Source of the DNA: an uncultured bacterium
Lineage (GTDB): Bacteria; Vulcanimicrobiota; Xenobia; Xenobiales; Xenobiaceae
Assembly: GCA_934636825.1 (NCBI GenBank)
Contig: CAKUBG010000001.1
Coordinates: 256,080-320,079 of the forward strand
Direction: 5' to 3'
Length of the DNA: 64,000 nucleotides
Both the position numbers and the translations under genes were made by a program. Shown piece after piece: positions 40,899 through 51,548 of this stretch (positions are counted from its first letter, which is position 1; every line of letters begins with the position of its first letter). The notes under the pieces were generated by a model. The model was not told the origin of the DNA, did not search any database, and saw nothing but the letters and a program-made list of their open reading frames with translations.

Positions 40899-41882
40899 TT
40901 ACTCTCCTCTGCAAGTCAAATAGAACAAGGCCAAACCACAAAGTCCAAAGGCCGTGTTAATGGCATAGATAATCAAAACAACTTGACGCTGATTTAAACC
41001 GAGACTCAACAAACGATGATGCAAATGGCCTTTATCAGCTTGGAAAATAGGCTTATGAGCCAGCAAACGACGTAAAATTGCAAAAGTAGTATCGAAAATA
41101 GGCACAGCCATTAAGAATATAGGCAACAAGAAAGCAAAAGTAGCAGTGCTCTTAAGTAAACCGATTATAGACCAGCCTGCAAACATAAGGCCGAAGAACA
41201 AGCTACCTGTGTCCCCCATGAAGATTTGCGCCGGGTTGAAATTATAACGCAAAAATCCCAAAGAGCAGCCAGCTAAACAAGCCATAACCAGAGCAATTAC
41301 GAACTGTCCCTTAAGCAAGCTGACGACAAAAAATACGGAAGCGACCGTTAAAGAAACGCCGGCCAAAAGACCGTCTAATCCGTCAATTAAATTCAATGCA
41401 TTAGTGATACCGGCTATCCAAAAAAGCGTAACCAAGATACTTTGCCAAGTGCTTAAAAAGATAACTCCATACCAGGGCACGGTAATATAGTCGATTTTGA
41501 TACCGAAATAAAACATTACTAAACCGGTAACAAGTTGCAAAGCTAATTTGACTTTTGCAGGCATGCCATAGCGATCGTCAACCATACCTACAACTAAGAT
41601 AATTAAACCGCCCAGAGTCATACCGGTAAGCTGTGAAATTATGGCCGGAGTAACTGCTTCTCTAAATGATTGGGATAAACAAATAACACTGGCTGTAGCT
41701 AAAAAATAGCCACCGGCAACACCTAAACCGCCCCATAAAGGGATGGGCTGATGGTGCACCTTACGAGCATTGGGTTTATCCAGGGCGCCACAATAAACGG
41801 CTAAACGCTTTACCAGAGGCACCAAAAGCAAAGTATAAATAAACCCTAGCAAAAAAACTGCCAATTGGGCACGGACGGACAT
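40899..41882 (-). CDS. Glycosyltransferase family 4 (WecA/TagO-like UDP-GlcNAc:undecaprenyl-P GlcNAc-1-P transferase)
   Basis: 10-11 TM helices; 'NALNLIDGLDGLLAG' and 'MGDTGSLFFG' are MraY/WecA motifs. Confidence 0.75.
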   Translation of the reverse strand: MSVRAQLAVFLLGFIYTLLLVPLVKRLAVYCGALDKPNARKVHHQPIPLWGGLGVAGGYFLATASVICLSQSFREAVTPAIISQLTGMTLGGLIILVVGMVDDRYGMPAKVKLALQLVTGLVMFYFGIKIDYITVPWYGVIFLSTWQSILVTLFWIAGITNALNLIDGLDGLLAGVSLTVASVFFVVSLLKGQFVIALVMACLAGCSLGFLRYNFNPAQIFMGDTGSLFFGLMFAGWSIIGLLKSTATFAFLLPIFLMAVPIFDTTFAILRRLLAHKPIFQADKGHLHHRLLSLGLNQRQVVLIIYAINTAFGLCGLALFYLTCRGE

Positions 41883-42041
41883 CTTTCAGGCTCCTAATTC
41901 AGACAAAAAGTCAAACAGTCCAAAATGGTCGTTCTGCGCATATACGACGAATGTTAATTTCTGCCTTTGCAACGCAAAAAATAATCGGCGCGGAGAAGTG
42001 TAGCTTATCACGCGCCGATTGATAAAGGCATCATGCTGAGA

Positions 42042-43236
42042 TTACATTAAACTTATGCCCCAGCCTCCACCTTTACTGTCTTCATAATCTTTAACAAAGC
42101 GCTTTATTAGAGCATCTATTTTTTGCTCCCAACCGGGATTGAGCGGGTTGACGCTGTCGAGTAAAACAGGAGATAAAATACCTTGTTTTTCGTAAAATTG
42201 CACACACATTTCGTCTAAATTTTTTACTACTCGAAGAGAAAATGGAGTAGAACAAGCCAGAGTAAACTCAAAAAAATCTAAATTTTGTGGCAAATACGAA
42301 GTATGACATTCGTTAGCATATTTTTGAATAAGATCATTGAGATAGAAATACAATCTATCACGTAATTTAACTACAGCATTTTCAAATTGTTCAGCTTGTC
42401 CATTTTCCGGCAAACTGACAAAAACTCCAGGCAAGCTCTTTAAATCGTTATACATAGCTTCAGCACTAGCATAGCGATCTTCCGGCCAAGTACCCAGAGA
42501 GTTCCAGATAATTTGTTGCAAATCTTCAGGAACTTTAACACCAAAGTCTTCAAAAGCTGGGAAGTCCCAATCTTTGGGTTTGCGACCGGTAAGCAATTCA
42601 TGCATTGTCGCTCCTAAAGCATAAAGATCGCTGCTGGGCTCAGGCTGTCCTTGCTGTTGCTCAGCAGGAGCGTAACCAGGAGTGCCAATCCAATAGCCAT
42701 CTGCGGGGTTGGTTACTCTGGAGATACCAAAGTCAATCAGCATTAAACGCTGATCGCGACTGCGTACTAAAAGGTTGGAAGGTTTTATATCGCGGTGAGT
42801 AATAGCAGGATTGCGACTGTGCAAATACTTTAAAGCATCTAAAGTTTGTAAAGCCCAACCAACCACAGATTGTACTGGTAAGCCAGGGTTGCCTTCTTCT
42901 TTGAGAATAGTAGCCAAGTCTTTGCCTTCTATGTATTCCATAGCAAAGAAGAAAGAATTGTCGCAAATAAAAGAGCTGTAAATTTTGGGAATGCCAGGAT
43001 GGTTTAAAGTTTGCATGACTTGCACTTCGGAAAGGAAGCGATCTATTGCCGCCTGACGTTCGGCAGAGCGAGCTGAAGAATCGAGCATTTGCTTTAAAGC
43101 GCAAAGCCGATCGTTGACCATACGATCTTTAACTTCATAGACAGCGCCCATACCGCCTGCCTTGATCGGCTTCACAACATAGAAACGACCGTCCAGTAAA
43201 GTGCCGGGTTCTAAAGTAAAATCACCTGTATGCATT
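42042..43236 (-). CDS. Hanks-type Ser/Thr protein kinase with a unique C-terminal domain
   Basis: 'VYEVKD...LCALK', 'HRDIKPSNLLV', 'DFGIS', 'GTPGYAPAE'. The ATG (MHTGDF) is preferred over the tracked TTG at 43323. Confidence 0.8.
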
Positions 43237-43338
43237 GCTTTGGATATTAACCGCCCTTTGCTGCTCGCGCCAATATACTCATCTCTTACCCATAATGGCA
43301 CGAGACAAACACATCGGATATACAAACCTTATTTTGGT

Positions 43339-43520
43339 GAACGTACTCCCGTCTACAGAGACGGAAGCTTCCTGATCACGCGCAAGCTATCTTGTACTTT
43401 GCCAAAAAGGCAACAACTTGCGCTTTATTCACAGGCCTAAATTTCCGTGCGACCCACGGTATCTTCCTGAAGTAACTTCGCCACTTCCACCTTTATCCCC
43501 CACCTGTGAAGCGGGGGACT
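43339..43520 (-). repeat. Conserved ~170-nt structured element, copy B (kinase 5' region, downstream of mce)
   Basis: See copy A. Identical 18-mer CCGTGCGACCCACGGTAT. Flanked by 'ccttatttt' and 'aaataagg'. Confidence 0.55.
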
Positions 43521-43535
43521 TAAGGCGAAATAAGG

Positions 43536-45017
43536 TTAGAAGCGTTTACCGGCACCTATAACCGGAGCACTGTTATGTTTATCAGTAACATCACGTACAC
43601 CGCCGTAAATATACCAGTCGGCAGGCAAAACAACTTTGCCCAAAACGTCAACTTTTATATCACGCGGATCATATACATCCAACGACGTTTCCAAACGCTT
43701 ATCAAAGAACCAAGCATCGGCGCCCACACCAACTTTGGAGCGTACAATACCACCGCGCAGCCGCCAATTATCCCAGGCTTTGCCAGCTTGCAAATTGAGC
43801 AAATTCTCATTACCTATGGAATCGAGACCGACTCTGAAAGTAAGCGGCCCACCGTAAGGGAAGAGCCAAGCATTGGCGTTGGTAGAAAGTTGGCCATTGC
43901 TCATGTTGAGCTCTTCAGCTACATCACCTTGGAAGAGAGGACGATCTCCTTTGCTTAAGCCAGCGGGGAATTTATCAACGGCACCCTCCACCTTTTGAGT
44001 TACGCGCTTAACCGATCCAGAAGCTTCGCGGACGTTGTGTACAGTTTCGCGCAAATCTTCTTGAACTTGAGGATCGCCGGTTACTGTGCGAATATCTCCA
44101 GCAATTCCGGCCACTTCTTCACTGACTTTGCGGATATTAGCTGCAATAGCCAAAATATCGCCGCGCATTTGCGGATCGTCGGCAACATTTTCTAACGCTG
44201 AAGCGGTATTTTTCAAGCTGGAAGACATCTGACGCAAGTTCATAACAATAGCATTCAAGTTGGAAGCATTGCCCTGAACCAAATTATTTACTGTAGAAGT
44301 GGTATTTCTAACATTGTTGCCTATTTCAGCAGCATCGGAACGAAGCTGGGCTACGGTAGCAGAAGCGTTATCTATCACGTTTTCCATCGTACCGGCAATA
44401 TTAGCCATGCGCACACGCAATTCGCTCATTAACTGACGAGCGTCACCGCTGGCATCTTTTAAATTGGTAGAAATATCTCTGATATTGTTAACGGTAACTT
44501 TTACGTCTTTCTTAAAGGTGTCGTCACCGACTATTTCATTTAAAGCAGCGATGGAGCCGCGCAATTCTTCCATCAGTTGACTGCCCTCTTGAGCCAATTG
44601 TTCAAGAGAAATAGGAGTAGTTCCGATAACTACTTCATCAGCCGCAATAGGCTCAACTCCTTCAGGCACGGCGCCAGGCTTAATATCTAACCACTTATCA
44701 CCCAAAATGTTGGAAGCTATAGTGTAGACAAAATAATCGGAGCTAAAAAGTTTGGCTCCATCGCGAGTAACTACGATAGTTACATCAACGCGATTTTGAG
44801 AGTTAAGCTCGATATCAGAAACGTAGCCGATGCGTACACCGGAAAGATGTACCGACGAGCGGACTTGCAAGCCTTGAACATCATCAAACATGACGTGATA
44901 TTTTTCACCCACATCAGGCCCGACTTTACCAATTTGCAAGAAGACAAGGCCAAGCAGAATAAAGGCCACTACTGTCATCATGCCTACTCTTGCCGCAGGA
45001 CTAAGCCCCATTTTCAC
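43536..45017 (-). CDS. MCE/MlaD-family substrate-binding protein (493 aa)
   Basis: N-terminal TM, an MCE domain ('GLQVRSSVHLSGVRIGYV...VDVTIVV') and a long helical C-terminus. Confidence 0.75.
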   Translation of the reverse strand: MKMGLSPAARVGMMTVVAFILLGLVFLQIGKVGPDVGEKYHVMFDDVQGLQVRSSVHLSGVRIGYVSDIELNSQNRVDVTIVVTRDGAKLFSSDYFVYTIASNILGDKWLDIKPGAVPEGVEPIAADEVVIGTTPISLEQLAQEGSQLMEELRGSIAALNEIVGDDTFKKDVKVTVNNIRDISTNLKDASGDARQLMSELRVRMANIAGTMENVIDNASATVAQLRSDAAEIGNNVRNTTSTVNNLVQGNASNLNAIVMNLRQMSSSLKNTASALENVADDPQMRGDILAIAANIRKVSEEVAGIAGDIRTVTGDPQVQEDLRETVHNVREASGSVKRVTQKVEGAVDKFPAGLSKGDRPLFQGDVAEELNMSNGQLSTNANAWLFPYGGPLTFRVGLDSIGNENLLNLQAGKAWDNWRLRGGIVRSKVGVGADAWFFDKRLETSLDVYDPRDIKVDVLGKVVLPADWYIYGGVRDVTDKHNSAPVIGAGKRF

Positions 45018-45053
45018 CCTCCATCGTTCTAGTTAAACGAAATAGTTCCATTA

Positions 45054-45905
45054 TTACTGTACCCTAATAGGCCCTTGTACACGGCCTTCACGGAATTGAA
45101 CAACAAAGGGATCGTTAGTAGATTGGAACTCTTCTGGAGTACCCATCCAAATAAACTCACCTTTATTGAGCATAGCTATCTGATGAGCGACCATTAAAGC
45201 GCCACGGATATCGTGAGTAACCACCACCGAAGTAGCTTTTAAACGGCGTTGCAAATCGCAAATAAGTTCATTGATAACCATCGATAAAATTGGATCCAAC
45301 CCGGTAGTAGGCTCATCATACAAAATGACATCCGGATCGGTAGCAATAGTTCTGGCTAGACTGGCTCTCTTTTGCATACCTCCAGAAAGTTGATTTGGAT
45401 AAAGATGAGCCATTCCCTGAAGATCGACAATAGCCAACTTTTCGGCCACAATGCGTTGAATTTCTTGTTCGGAAAGACGTGTATGTTCGCGCAAACCAAA
45501 AGCCACATTTTCACCGATACTAAGTGAATCAAATAGAGCGGGCATTTGGAAAACCATACCTATGCGCTTGCGAAGCTTATCAAATTCTTTAGGTTCGAGT
45601 TTTAAAACATTCTGACCGTCTATGTATATTTCACCTTCATCAGGTTTTTGCAAACCGACTAGGCAGCGCAAAGTTGTACTTTTACCTACACCTGACAATC
45701 CCATAATGGCCAAAGTATGGCCTCGCGGCACATCAAAGCTGACATTGCGTAAAATAGCCCGACCACCAAAAGAAACGGAAACATTGCGCACAGAAATGGC
45801 CGGATCAGACATAGGACGACGCGGCCCCAGAACGCTATTCTCCATAGCAGGCTCGTTGGCAGTAGCCTGACTTTTTCCCGTACTGTTTTTTGCTAGATCT
45901 ACCAT
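45054..45905 (-). CDS. ABC transporter ATP-binding protein, MlaF-like
   Basis: Walker A 'GLSGVGKST', 'LSGGMQKR', Walker B 'ILYDEPTTGLD'. Confidence 0.85.
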   Translation of the reverse strand: MVDLAKNSTGKSQATANEPAMENSVLGPRRPMSDPAISVRNVSVSFGGRAILRNVSFDVPRGHTLAIMGLSGVGKSTTLRCLVGLQKPDEGEIYIDGQNVLKLEPKEFDKLRKRIGMVFQMPALFDSLSIGENVAFGLREHTRLSEQEIQRIVAEKLAIVDLQGMAHLYPNQLSGGMQKRASLARTIATDPDVILYDEPTTGLDPILSMVINELICDLQRRLKATSVVVTHDIRGALMVAHQIAMLNKGEFIWMGTPEEFQSTNDPFVVQFREGRVQGPIRVQ

Positions 45906-45930
45906 ACTAATTTTTCTTTCCCGATAATTG

Positions 45931-46767
45931 TTAGCTCACAGGGAAGAGCCACAACGACATAAGGTAGTTGCTTATGAAAATAAATATAGTGGCATAAACC
46001 ACACTAGAAGTAGTAGAAGCGCCTACTCCCGCTGCCCCTCGGCCGGTATTAAGCCCTTGATAACAAGCAATCAGCGCTACCTCAAATCCAAAAACTACGC
46101 CTTTAAGTAAGCCATAACTCACGTCGGAAAGAACCAGAAGGCGTTGAATGGAGTCCCAAAACACTTCGTAAGGGATATTAGCCGATTGATAAGCAATTAC
46201 AGCCCCACCCAAAGTTCCAAAAGTTAAAGAGAAAAGTGTAAGGATAGGCATCATAGTCACTAAAGCGATAAGCCTAGGCACAACTAAATAGCGAATAGGA
46301 CTGACAGCCATACACTTTAAAGCGGAAATTTGCTCGGTAACTTTCATAGTGCCTATCTCAGCCGCAATAGCCGAACCGGCCCGACCGGCCACAACCACAG
46401 CGGTGAGCATGGGAGCAAGCTCACGAGCCATAGCAATAGCTACACCGCCGCCAACTACGCTGACAACTCCGTATTGCACAGCGATATGAGCTAATTGCAA
46501 AGAGATAACCATACCGGCTGAAGTAGTAGTTAAAATTACAATAACTAAGGAATCTACTCCCAGGAAAGCCATCTGCTGCACAGCAAGTCCAAACCTAACA
46601 GCTCCCTTGGCTATGCCGGACAAGCATTCCATCAGCAGCATAAATAAGGCCCCGAGATAATCTAAAACTCCCAGAACCGTTCTGCCAATGTACTCAAAAA
46701 ATAATACCATCGTCACTTTCCCAATTGACGCAGTCGGGCGCCGTAGGTGACAAGAACAACGCAACAC
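45931..46767 (-). CDS. ABC transporter permease, MlaE-like
   Basis: 278 aa with 5-6 TM helices, adjacent to mlaF/mce. Confidence 0.75.
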   Translation of the reverse strand: MLRCSCHLRRPTASIGKVTMVLFFEYIGRTVLGVLDYLGALFMLLMECLSGIAKGAVRFGLAVQQMAFLGVDSLVIVILTTTSAGMVISLQLAHIAVQYGVVSVVGGGVAIAMARELAPMLTAVVVAGRAGSAIAAEIGTMKVTEQISALKCMAVSPIRYLVVPRLIALVTMMPILTLFSLTFGTLGGAVIAYQSANIPYEVFWDSIQRLLVLSDVSYGLLKGVVFGFEVALIACYQGLNTGRGAAGVGASTTSSVVYATIFIFISNYLMSLWLFPVS

Positions 46768-46953
46768 CCGCCTAATTTCAAACGCCTTCCTGTTTCACAG
46801 CCTAAGGCCTTCTCCCTGCCGAATTTTTGGCCATAGACCGTTTTTGAGAAATAGAAGAATAAGATACTGTCACTCACGATAAAAAAAAGGGCCAATGCGT
46901 AGAAACGAACACACTGACCCTCTTATGAAATTTTTTCTGACAATCGTTACTTT

Positions 46954-48018
46954 TTACTTAGCCGGACAGAGCAAATCTAACCCTTTAAGTTGCTCTGGAG
47001 TAAGCTTCTCTGGCAATTTCACCATAAGGCGAGCCAAAATATTACCGGCTTCTCCTCTAGGGTTGGGTAATCCCAAACCGGTCATACGTAACGTCTTGCC
47101 ATTGGGAGTATTGGGAGCCACTTTTATAGATATAGACTTACCATTAGGCAACTTCAAGTCGGCACTCCCTCCCAAAAAAGCCTCTCTAAGCGACACCCAC
47201 AAATCGCAACGCAAATCGCGTCCCTCTACCTTATAAGTAGAATCCGGAGCTATGCTGATCTTAAACATAATGTCGCCGCAAATACCACCGCTGTTCTCAC
47301 CACGCACTCTCACTTTAGAGCCGTTGGTTACGCCGGCAGGTACTTTCACGTCTAACGTGTGCGTCGCATTTACTTTACCGGTACCTCCACACATAGTACA
47401 TGGAGCGCCGTTAAAAACTCCGCTTCCGGAACATGAAGCGCACGCAGCCGGCTTGGAGATAGTTACAGACTTGGTTGTACCATTATAAGCTTCAGCTAAA
47501 CTGATAGTAAGCTCAGTTTCCAGAGGCTTGCTCGCCGCTGAGCTGCGACGAGAGCCACCACCGAAGCCACCAAACCCGGCACTACTGCTACTGCGACGGG
47601 AGCCTCCGGAAGTGCCCATATTGTTGAAGAGCATTTCAAAGAACGGAGAATAACCCGAGCCGCCAAAAGAGGAACTAAAGTGAGCGCCGCCTCCCTGACT
47701 GCCCTGGGAAAATTGAGAGAATATATCTGAGAAATCGAAACCGCCTTGTTGGTAGCCACCAGCTCCATAAGGAGGCGTCTTACCATCTTTGACATATTTC
47801 CATTGAGCACCGAACTGATCGTATTTAGAACGCTTATCAGGGTCGCCCAATACTTCGTAAGCTTCATTTACATCACGATATTTTAGCTCGGCATTTTTAT
47901 CACCATGGTTCAAATCTGGATGATATTTTTTGGTAAGCTTACGGTAAGCTGATTTTATGTCTTTTTGACTGGCAGAACGATCTACGCCTAAAATTTCATA
48001 ATAATCTTTATAATCCAT
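46954..48018 (-). CDS. dnaJ: Chaperone DnaJ
   Basis: J domain 'DYYEILGV...KYHPD', G/F region, and CxxCxGxG zinc fingers. Confidence 0.9.
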   Translation of the reverse strand: MDYKDYYEILGVDRSASQKDIKSAYRKLTKKYHPDLNHGDKNAELKYRDVNEAYEVLGDPDKRSKYDQFGAQWKYVKDGKTPPYGAGGYQQGGFDFSDIFSQFSQGSQGGGAHFSSSFGGSGYSPFFEMLFNNMGTSGGSRRSSSSAGFGGFGGGSRRSSAASKPLETELTISLAEAYNGTTKSVTISKPAACASCSGSGVFNGAPCTMCGGTGKVNATHTLDVKVPAGVTNGSKVRVRGENSGGICGDIMFKISIAPDSTYKVEGRDLRCDLWVSLREAFLGGSADLKLPNGKSISIKVAPNTPNGKTLRMTGLGLPNPRGEAGNILARLMVKLPEKLTPEQLKGLDLLCPAK

Positions 48019-48080
48019 AGCTTTAACCCCTCAATCTAAGGATGCGGAAAAGCTGTATCCACTATAAAAAAGTTCACCCA

Positions 48081-48695
48081 CTACTTAGTGTTGCGAGCTA
48101 CGCAAACCATGCTGGGACGCAAAACTCTATCGCCTATTTTGTAGCCTTTTTTAAACTCGTTTGATACCGTTTCATCGGGAAGTTCATCTGATTCTTCCAT
48201 CATAACAGCTTCATGACAGGCCGGATCGAAAGCTTTACCTTTAGCCTCAATAGGAACAACAGCATAGCTCTCCATCATCTTGACGGCATCTTTAAGAACT
48301 AACTCTACGCCCTGGCAAAGAGACTCAACCGTACCGCCTTTGCGGGAAGCCTCGATAGCCATCTCCAAATGATCGATAATAGGCAAAAGCTTGCGGAAGA
48401 TGTCCTCTTTGGCACTGTCAACGCGGCGTTCGAAGTTGGCATCCATACGCTTGCGATAATTTTCAGTATCTGCAGTAACACGCTTAAGTTGCTCTTGTAA
48501 GCGATTTATCTCTTGATCTTTGGCTTCCAAAAGCTCTTGAGTGCTATGCTCTTGGTTTAATTCTTCATTTTTGGGTTGCTCGGCCTTCTCTTCAGCCTTA
48601 GCGGAAGCTCCCTCAACCTCTGCTTTGCTATCTTGCTCAGCAGCGTTGTGATTGTGTTTATGCTCTTTAGAAGACATGATACAGCTCTCCCACAC
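48081..48695 (-). CDS. grpE: Nucleotide exchange factor GrpE
   Basis: 'LRLQAEFENYRKR'-like 'RVTADTENYRKR'; size. Confidence 0.85.
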   Translation of the reverse strand: MWESCIMSSKEHKHNHNAAEQDSKAEVEGASAKAEEKAEQPKNEELNQEHSTQELLEAKDQEINRLQEQLKRVTADTENYRKRMDANFERRVDSAKEDIFRKLLPIIDHLEMAIEASRKGGTVESLCQGVELVLKDAVKMMESYAVVPIEAKGKAFDPACHEAVMMEESDELPDETVSNEFKKGYKIGDRVLRPSMVCVARNTK

Positions 48696-48893
48696 TATAA
48701 TCTTATGTAAATCTTAATCCCCCGCCTATCAATTTACCTTTTTAAAATGTTTAGTTCAAGTGAAAAAGAGAAACATATCTTCAATTCTAACGTAAATCAT
48801 ATGGTGAGGAAACGCAGAGCAATTAAAAGTCAAAATGAATAAAAAAAAGAAGCTGTCACAAAATTTGCGGCAGCTTCTTTTCAAGGAAAATGT

Positions 48894-49946
48894 CTAGAAC
48901 TTCAAAGTAGCTCTCTCAGTAAGGATATCTTCCAAAACTAAAGTTACCTTACTATCGGCTAAACAGCGGCCAGAAGCATCATATTTGGAGAAATAGATAT
49001 TGCCTTCAGTTTCTTGTCCTGGAGTTAAAGTTCTGTCTAAGATTTGATCATAACGCTCAGCTTTTAACCTGTTGCCTTGTCCATCCAGCAAATAGGCATG
49101 CCAATGGAAAGGCTCAACTTGTACGTTAGCTTTACCTGTATTTTTCATTTTGATATGAAAAACCAAAAATTTGTCGGCGCCGCGCTGAGAATAAAGACCG
49201 TTGCGCATAGCAAGACGCTGCTCCATGCTAGTGCGTCCTTCTTTGAAAGCGATCATATCAGAATAAGCGTCTAAAAGATTGTCGCTCCACCAAGTGACCT
49301 CCACATCGAGGCTGCAATACTTACTCTGATTTTTCATGGTAGCGTTGTAAGCTACTTCGCCGGGAATAGTCGTAGCAGCATTTTGCCAGATAATGCCTCC
49401 GCCATGAGAAGTAGTAAAGCCGCTAAACATATTGTAAGCCATCATGGGGTTTATTGAAGTTCTTCTTTGCTTATTCATACCGCCGGAGAAGTTGGCTTTT
49501 TTAGTGGAAGAAGATAAGGTTTTCTTATAGCGACCTTCTGTACTTTCAGCAGTTTCTTCTTTGACTCGACGAGTAGTTTTGAAACGGGGATCGAGCTGGT
49601 TCTTGGGGATATTGCTCTCTATATTTTTAGCAGTCTCTTTCTTTTCTTTGGGAGCAGCAGCAAAAGGTTTGGTAGTAATTTTATCACCAACCGATACTCC
49701 GCTTCCGGAAACTACCCTAACCGTGGTTGTATAATTATCAACTAAAACGGCCTCTACTTCAGCTTTGGGAGAGCCATTTCTATATATATACCAGCGAGTT
49801 CCCGGGGTGACATTGTCGGCGATACCGCGATTAACGGTAATTTCACCGCTTTGAGCCACATTGACAACCATGCCCTCTAAGTCGGCAAGCACAGGGAGGG
49901 CCAAGGCAAAAAATAACAAAATTATAAAACCTGTGAAGCGGTTCAT
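48894..49946 (-). CDS. Secreted hypothetical protein (DUF4352-like C-terminal region?)
   Basis: Signal peptide 'MNRFTGFIILLFFALALPVLA'. The C-terminal beta-rich region is only weakly family-like. Confidence 0.45.
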   Translation of the reverse strand: MNRFTGFIILLFFALALPVLADLEGMVVNVAQSGEITVNRGIADNVTPGTRWYIYRNGSPKAEVEAVLVDNYTTTVRVVSGSGVSVGDKITTKPFAAAPKEKKETAKNIESNIPKNQLDPRFKTTRRVKEETAESTEGRYKKTLSSSTKKANFSGGMNKQRRTSINPMMAYNMFSGFTTSHGGGIIWQNAATTIPGEVAYNATMKNQSKYCSLDVEVTWWSDNLLDAYSDMIAFKEGRTSMEQRLAMRNGLYSQRGADKFLVFHIKMKNTGKANVQVEPFHWHAYLLDGQGNRLKAERYDQILDRTLTPGQETEGNIYFSKYDASGRCLADSKVTLVLEDILTERATLKF

Positions 49947-50082
49947 AAATTTTTCTCCCTTGCAGGAACAGCAAAAGGGCAAGCCGTTCGCTCCCTGCTC
50001 AATATTAGATTGAAATGATTTCGTTGAGATACTTCAATCTTGCTAAGTTAAAGTTAGACATACTAATTGTGTTTCAAAAAAT

Positions 50083-50844
50083 GTGGAAACAGCAAAAAAG
50101 CACCTCTTCGCGATTGTACAACAAGAAAAGGAATGTTTCAAACTAACGCCCAATAAGTGCACAATAACAAGCAGTGAAATAGTGCGCGGTCACACCGAGT
50201 CTAAGCTGCGAACGGAGTCTTTTTTAATAACAATGAGTAATCAAGAATCAATAGGAGAAGTGACAAATATTATGTCTGATCCCAAAACGGTTGGACTAAG
50301 CAACACGGCAACTCCGATAGCCAGAGTGCGCAAGAGCAGCCGCCACCTTCAGGACAGCAAAGCAGATGCTAAATTGGTTATGGTCGTTTTAGCTTGTCTG
50401 TTCGTTGCTTTTATGGTTTTCGTTCGCTATTCCATCGTTTCACGCGCCGGCGCGGTGGGCAACGAGGCCAATCAATCTTCAGACGGTCTTTACTACACCA
50501 TGAAAATATCTGACCGTGAAAAAGATGGCATATATTTGACTATGTCCATTACCAACACTACCGGCTTACCCAAAACATTGGATTTTTCCAAAGATTCTAA
50601 AGTAGACTTTGTAGTACAACAGCAAGTAAACGTATTTTTTGATAAAGTACCTATTGAAATTTGGCGTTATTCCAAGGCCAATAAAAATTTCAGTAATCAA
50701 AAGGTATTGACTATTCTGCCCAATGAGGAGCGCGTCTTCTCTGTAAAGTGGGATCAAACCGACAATAGCGGCGAAAAAGTAAATGGAGGTCGCTATATAG
50801 TAACCGGTGAGATCGTTACCGGCGAAAAGAATTCCGAAGTCTAA
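50083..50844 (+). CDS. Membrane-anchored BsuPI-like (intracellular proteinase inhibitor) domain protein
   Basis: TM 'LVMVVLACLFVAFMVFV'. C-terminal 'TLDFSKDSKVDFVV...IWRYS...LPNEER.FSVKWDQTDNSGEKVNGGRYIVTGEI' follows the BsuPI pattern (TFSSGQ.YDF...WRWS...L.PGE...W...GEY). Confidence 0.45.
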   Translation: METAKKHLFAIVQQEKECFKLTPNKCTITSSEIVRGHTESKLRTESFLITMSNQESIGEVTNIMSDPKTVGLSNTATPIARVRKSSRHLQDSKADAKLVMVVLACLFVAFMVFVRYSIVSRAGAVGNEANQSSDGLYYTMKISDREKDGIYLTMSITNTTGLPKTLDFSKDSKVDFVVQQQVNVFFDKVPIEIWRYSKANKNFSNQKVLTILPNEERVFSVKWDQTDNSGEKVNGGRYIVTGEIVTGEKNSEV

Positions 50845-51037
50845 AAGCACAAATTATCGGAGCTATAGCGATTATATTAAGCGCTTGAAATTCTTGCGAT
50901 TTCGAGCGCTTTTTTATTTAGCGAAAAGGTATGTTTAGGACAAATAAGCAAAGAGCTCAACCTAGGTTATATGCTGCTCGCGGCAGGAAGTAAAACAAAA
51001 AGAAGGAACTCAGGCGCAGAGTTTGTAGAATTGGAGT

Positions 51038-51420
51038 TTGACGTGAGACGGGCAGCTGCGGGAGTTTTTATAGAGCTCCTGAGGAAAGTCCGGGCTCCCT
51101 AGGGCAGGGTGCTGGATAACGTCCAGTAGGGGCAACCTTCAGGAAAGTGCCACAGAAATGTTAGACCGCCTGACTTTCGGTAGAAAATTCAGGTAAGGGT
51201 GCAACGGCGGGGTAAGAGCCCACCGGCAGTGCGGAGACGTGCTGGCCAGGTAAACCCCACTTGGAGCAAGATCAGCAGAAGGAGCGTCTTAAGCGCCCGG
51301 CGGCCCGTCGGATCCCTTCTCAAAAGATCGCTAGAGGAACATGGCAACATGTTTCACAGATAAATGGCTGCCATTTGCTTTATGAGCAAATACAGAACCC
51401 GGCTTATAGTCTCACGTCCT
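51038..51420 (+). ncRNA. rnpB: RNase P RNA, bacterial type A
   Basis: P4 halves GAGGAAAGUCCGGGCUCC and ACAGAACCCGGCUUA. 'GGUAAACCCCACUUGGAGCAA'. P1 pairs GACGUGAGAC (51040-51049) with GUCUCACGUC (51409-51418). Confidence 0.9.
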
Positions 51421-51548
51421 TCTCCTTCATAATTCTAACCTAACGTATATACATAGCGCTGCGCCATTGAAGCGGTAAACTCTGGTCAGGCGGGTTTTTC
51501 TTCTGTGCTGATGGTCGCAGACCTCAAATTAAGGAGACAACTCTAATA

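Noticed and set aside
43237-43325. Extended TTG-initiated N-terminus of the Ser/Thr kinase
   Set aside because: The TTG start sits inside the conserved structured element. The ATG at 43236 (MHTGDF) gives a normal kinase N-terminus.
51261-51443. 60-aa ORF
   Set aside because: It lies entirely within the RNase P RNA gene.
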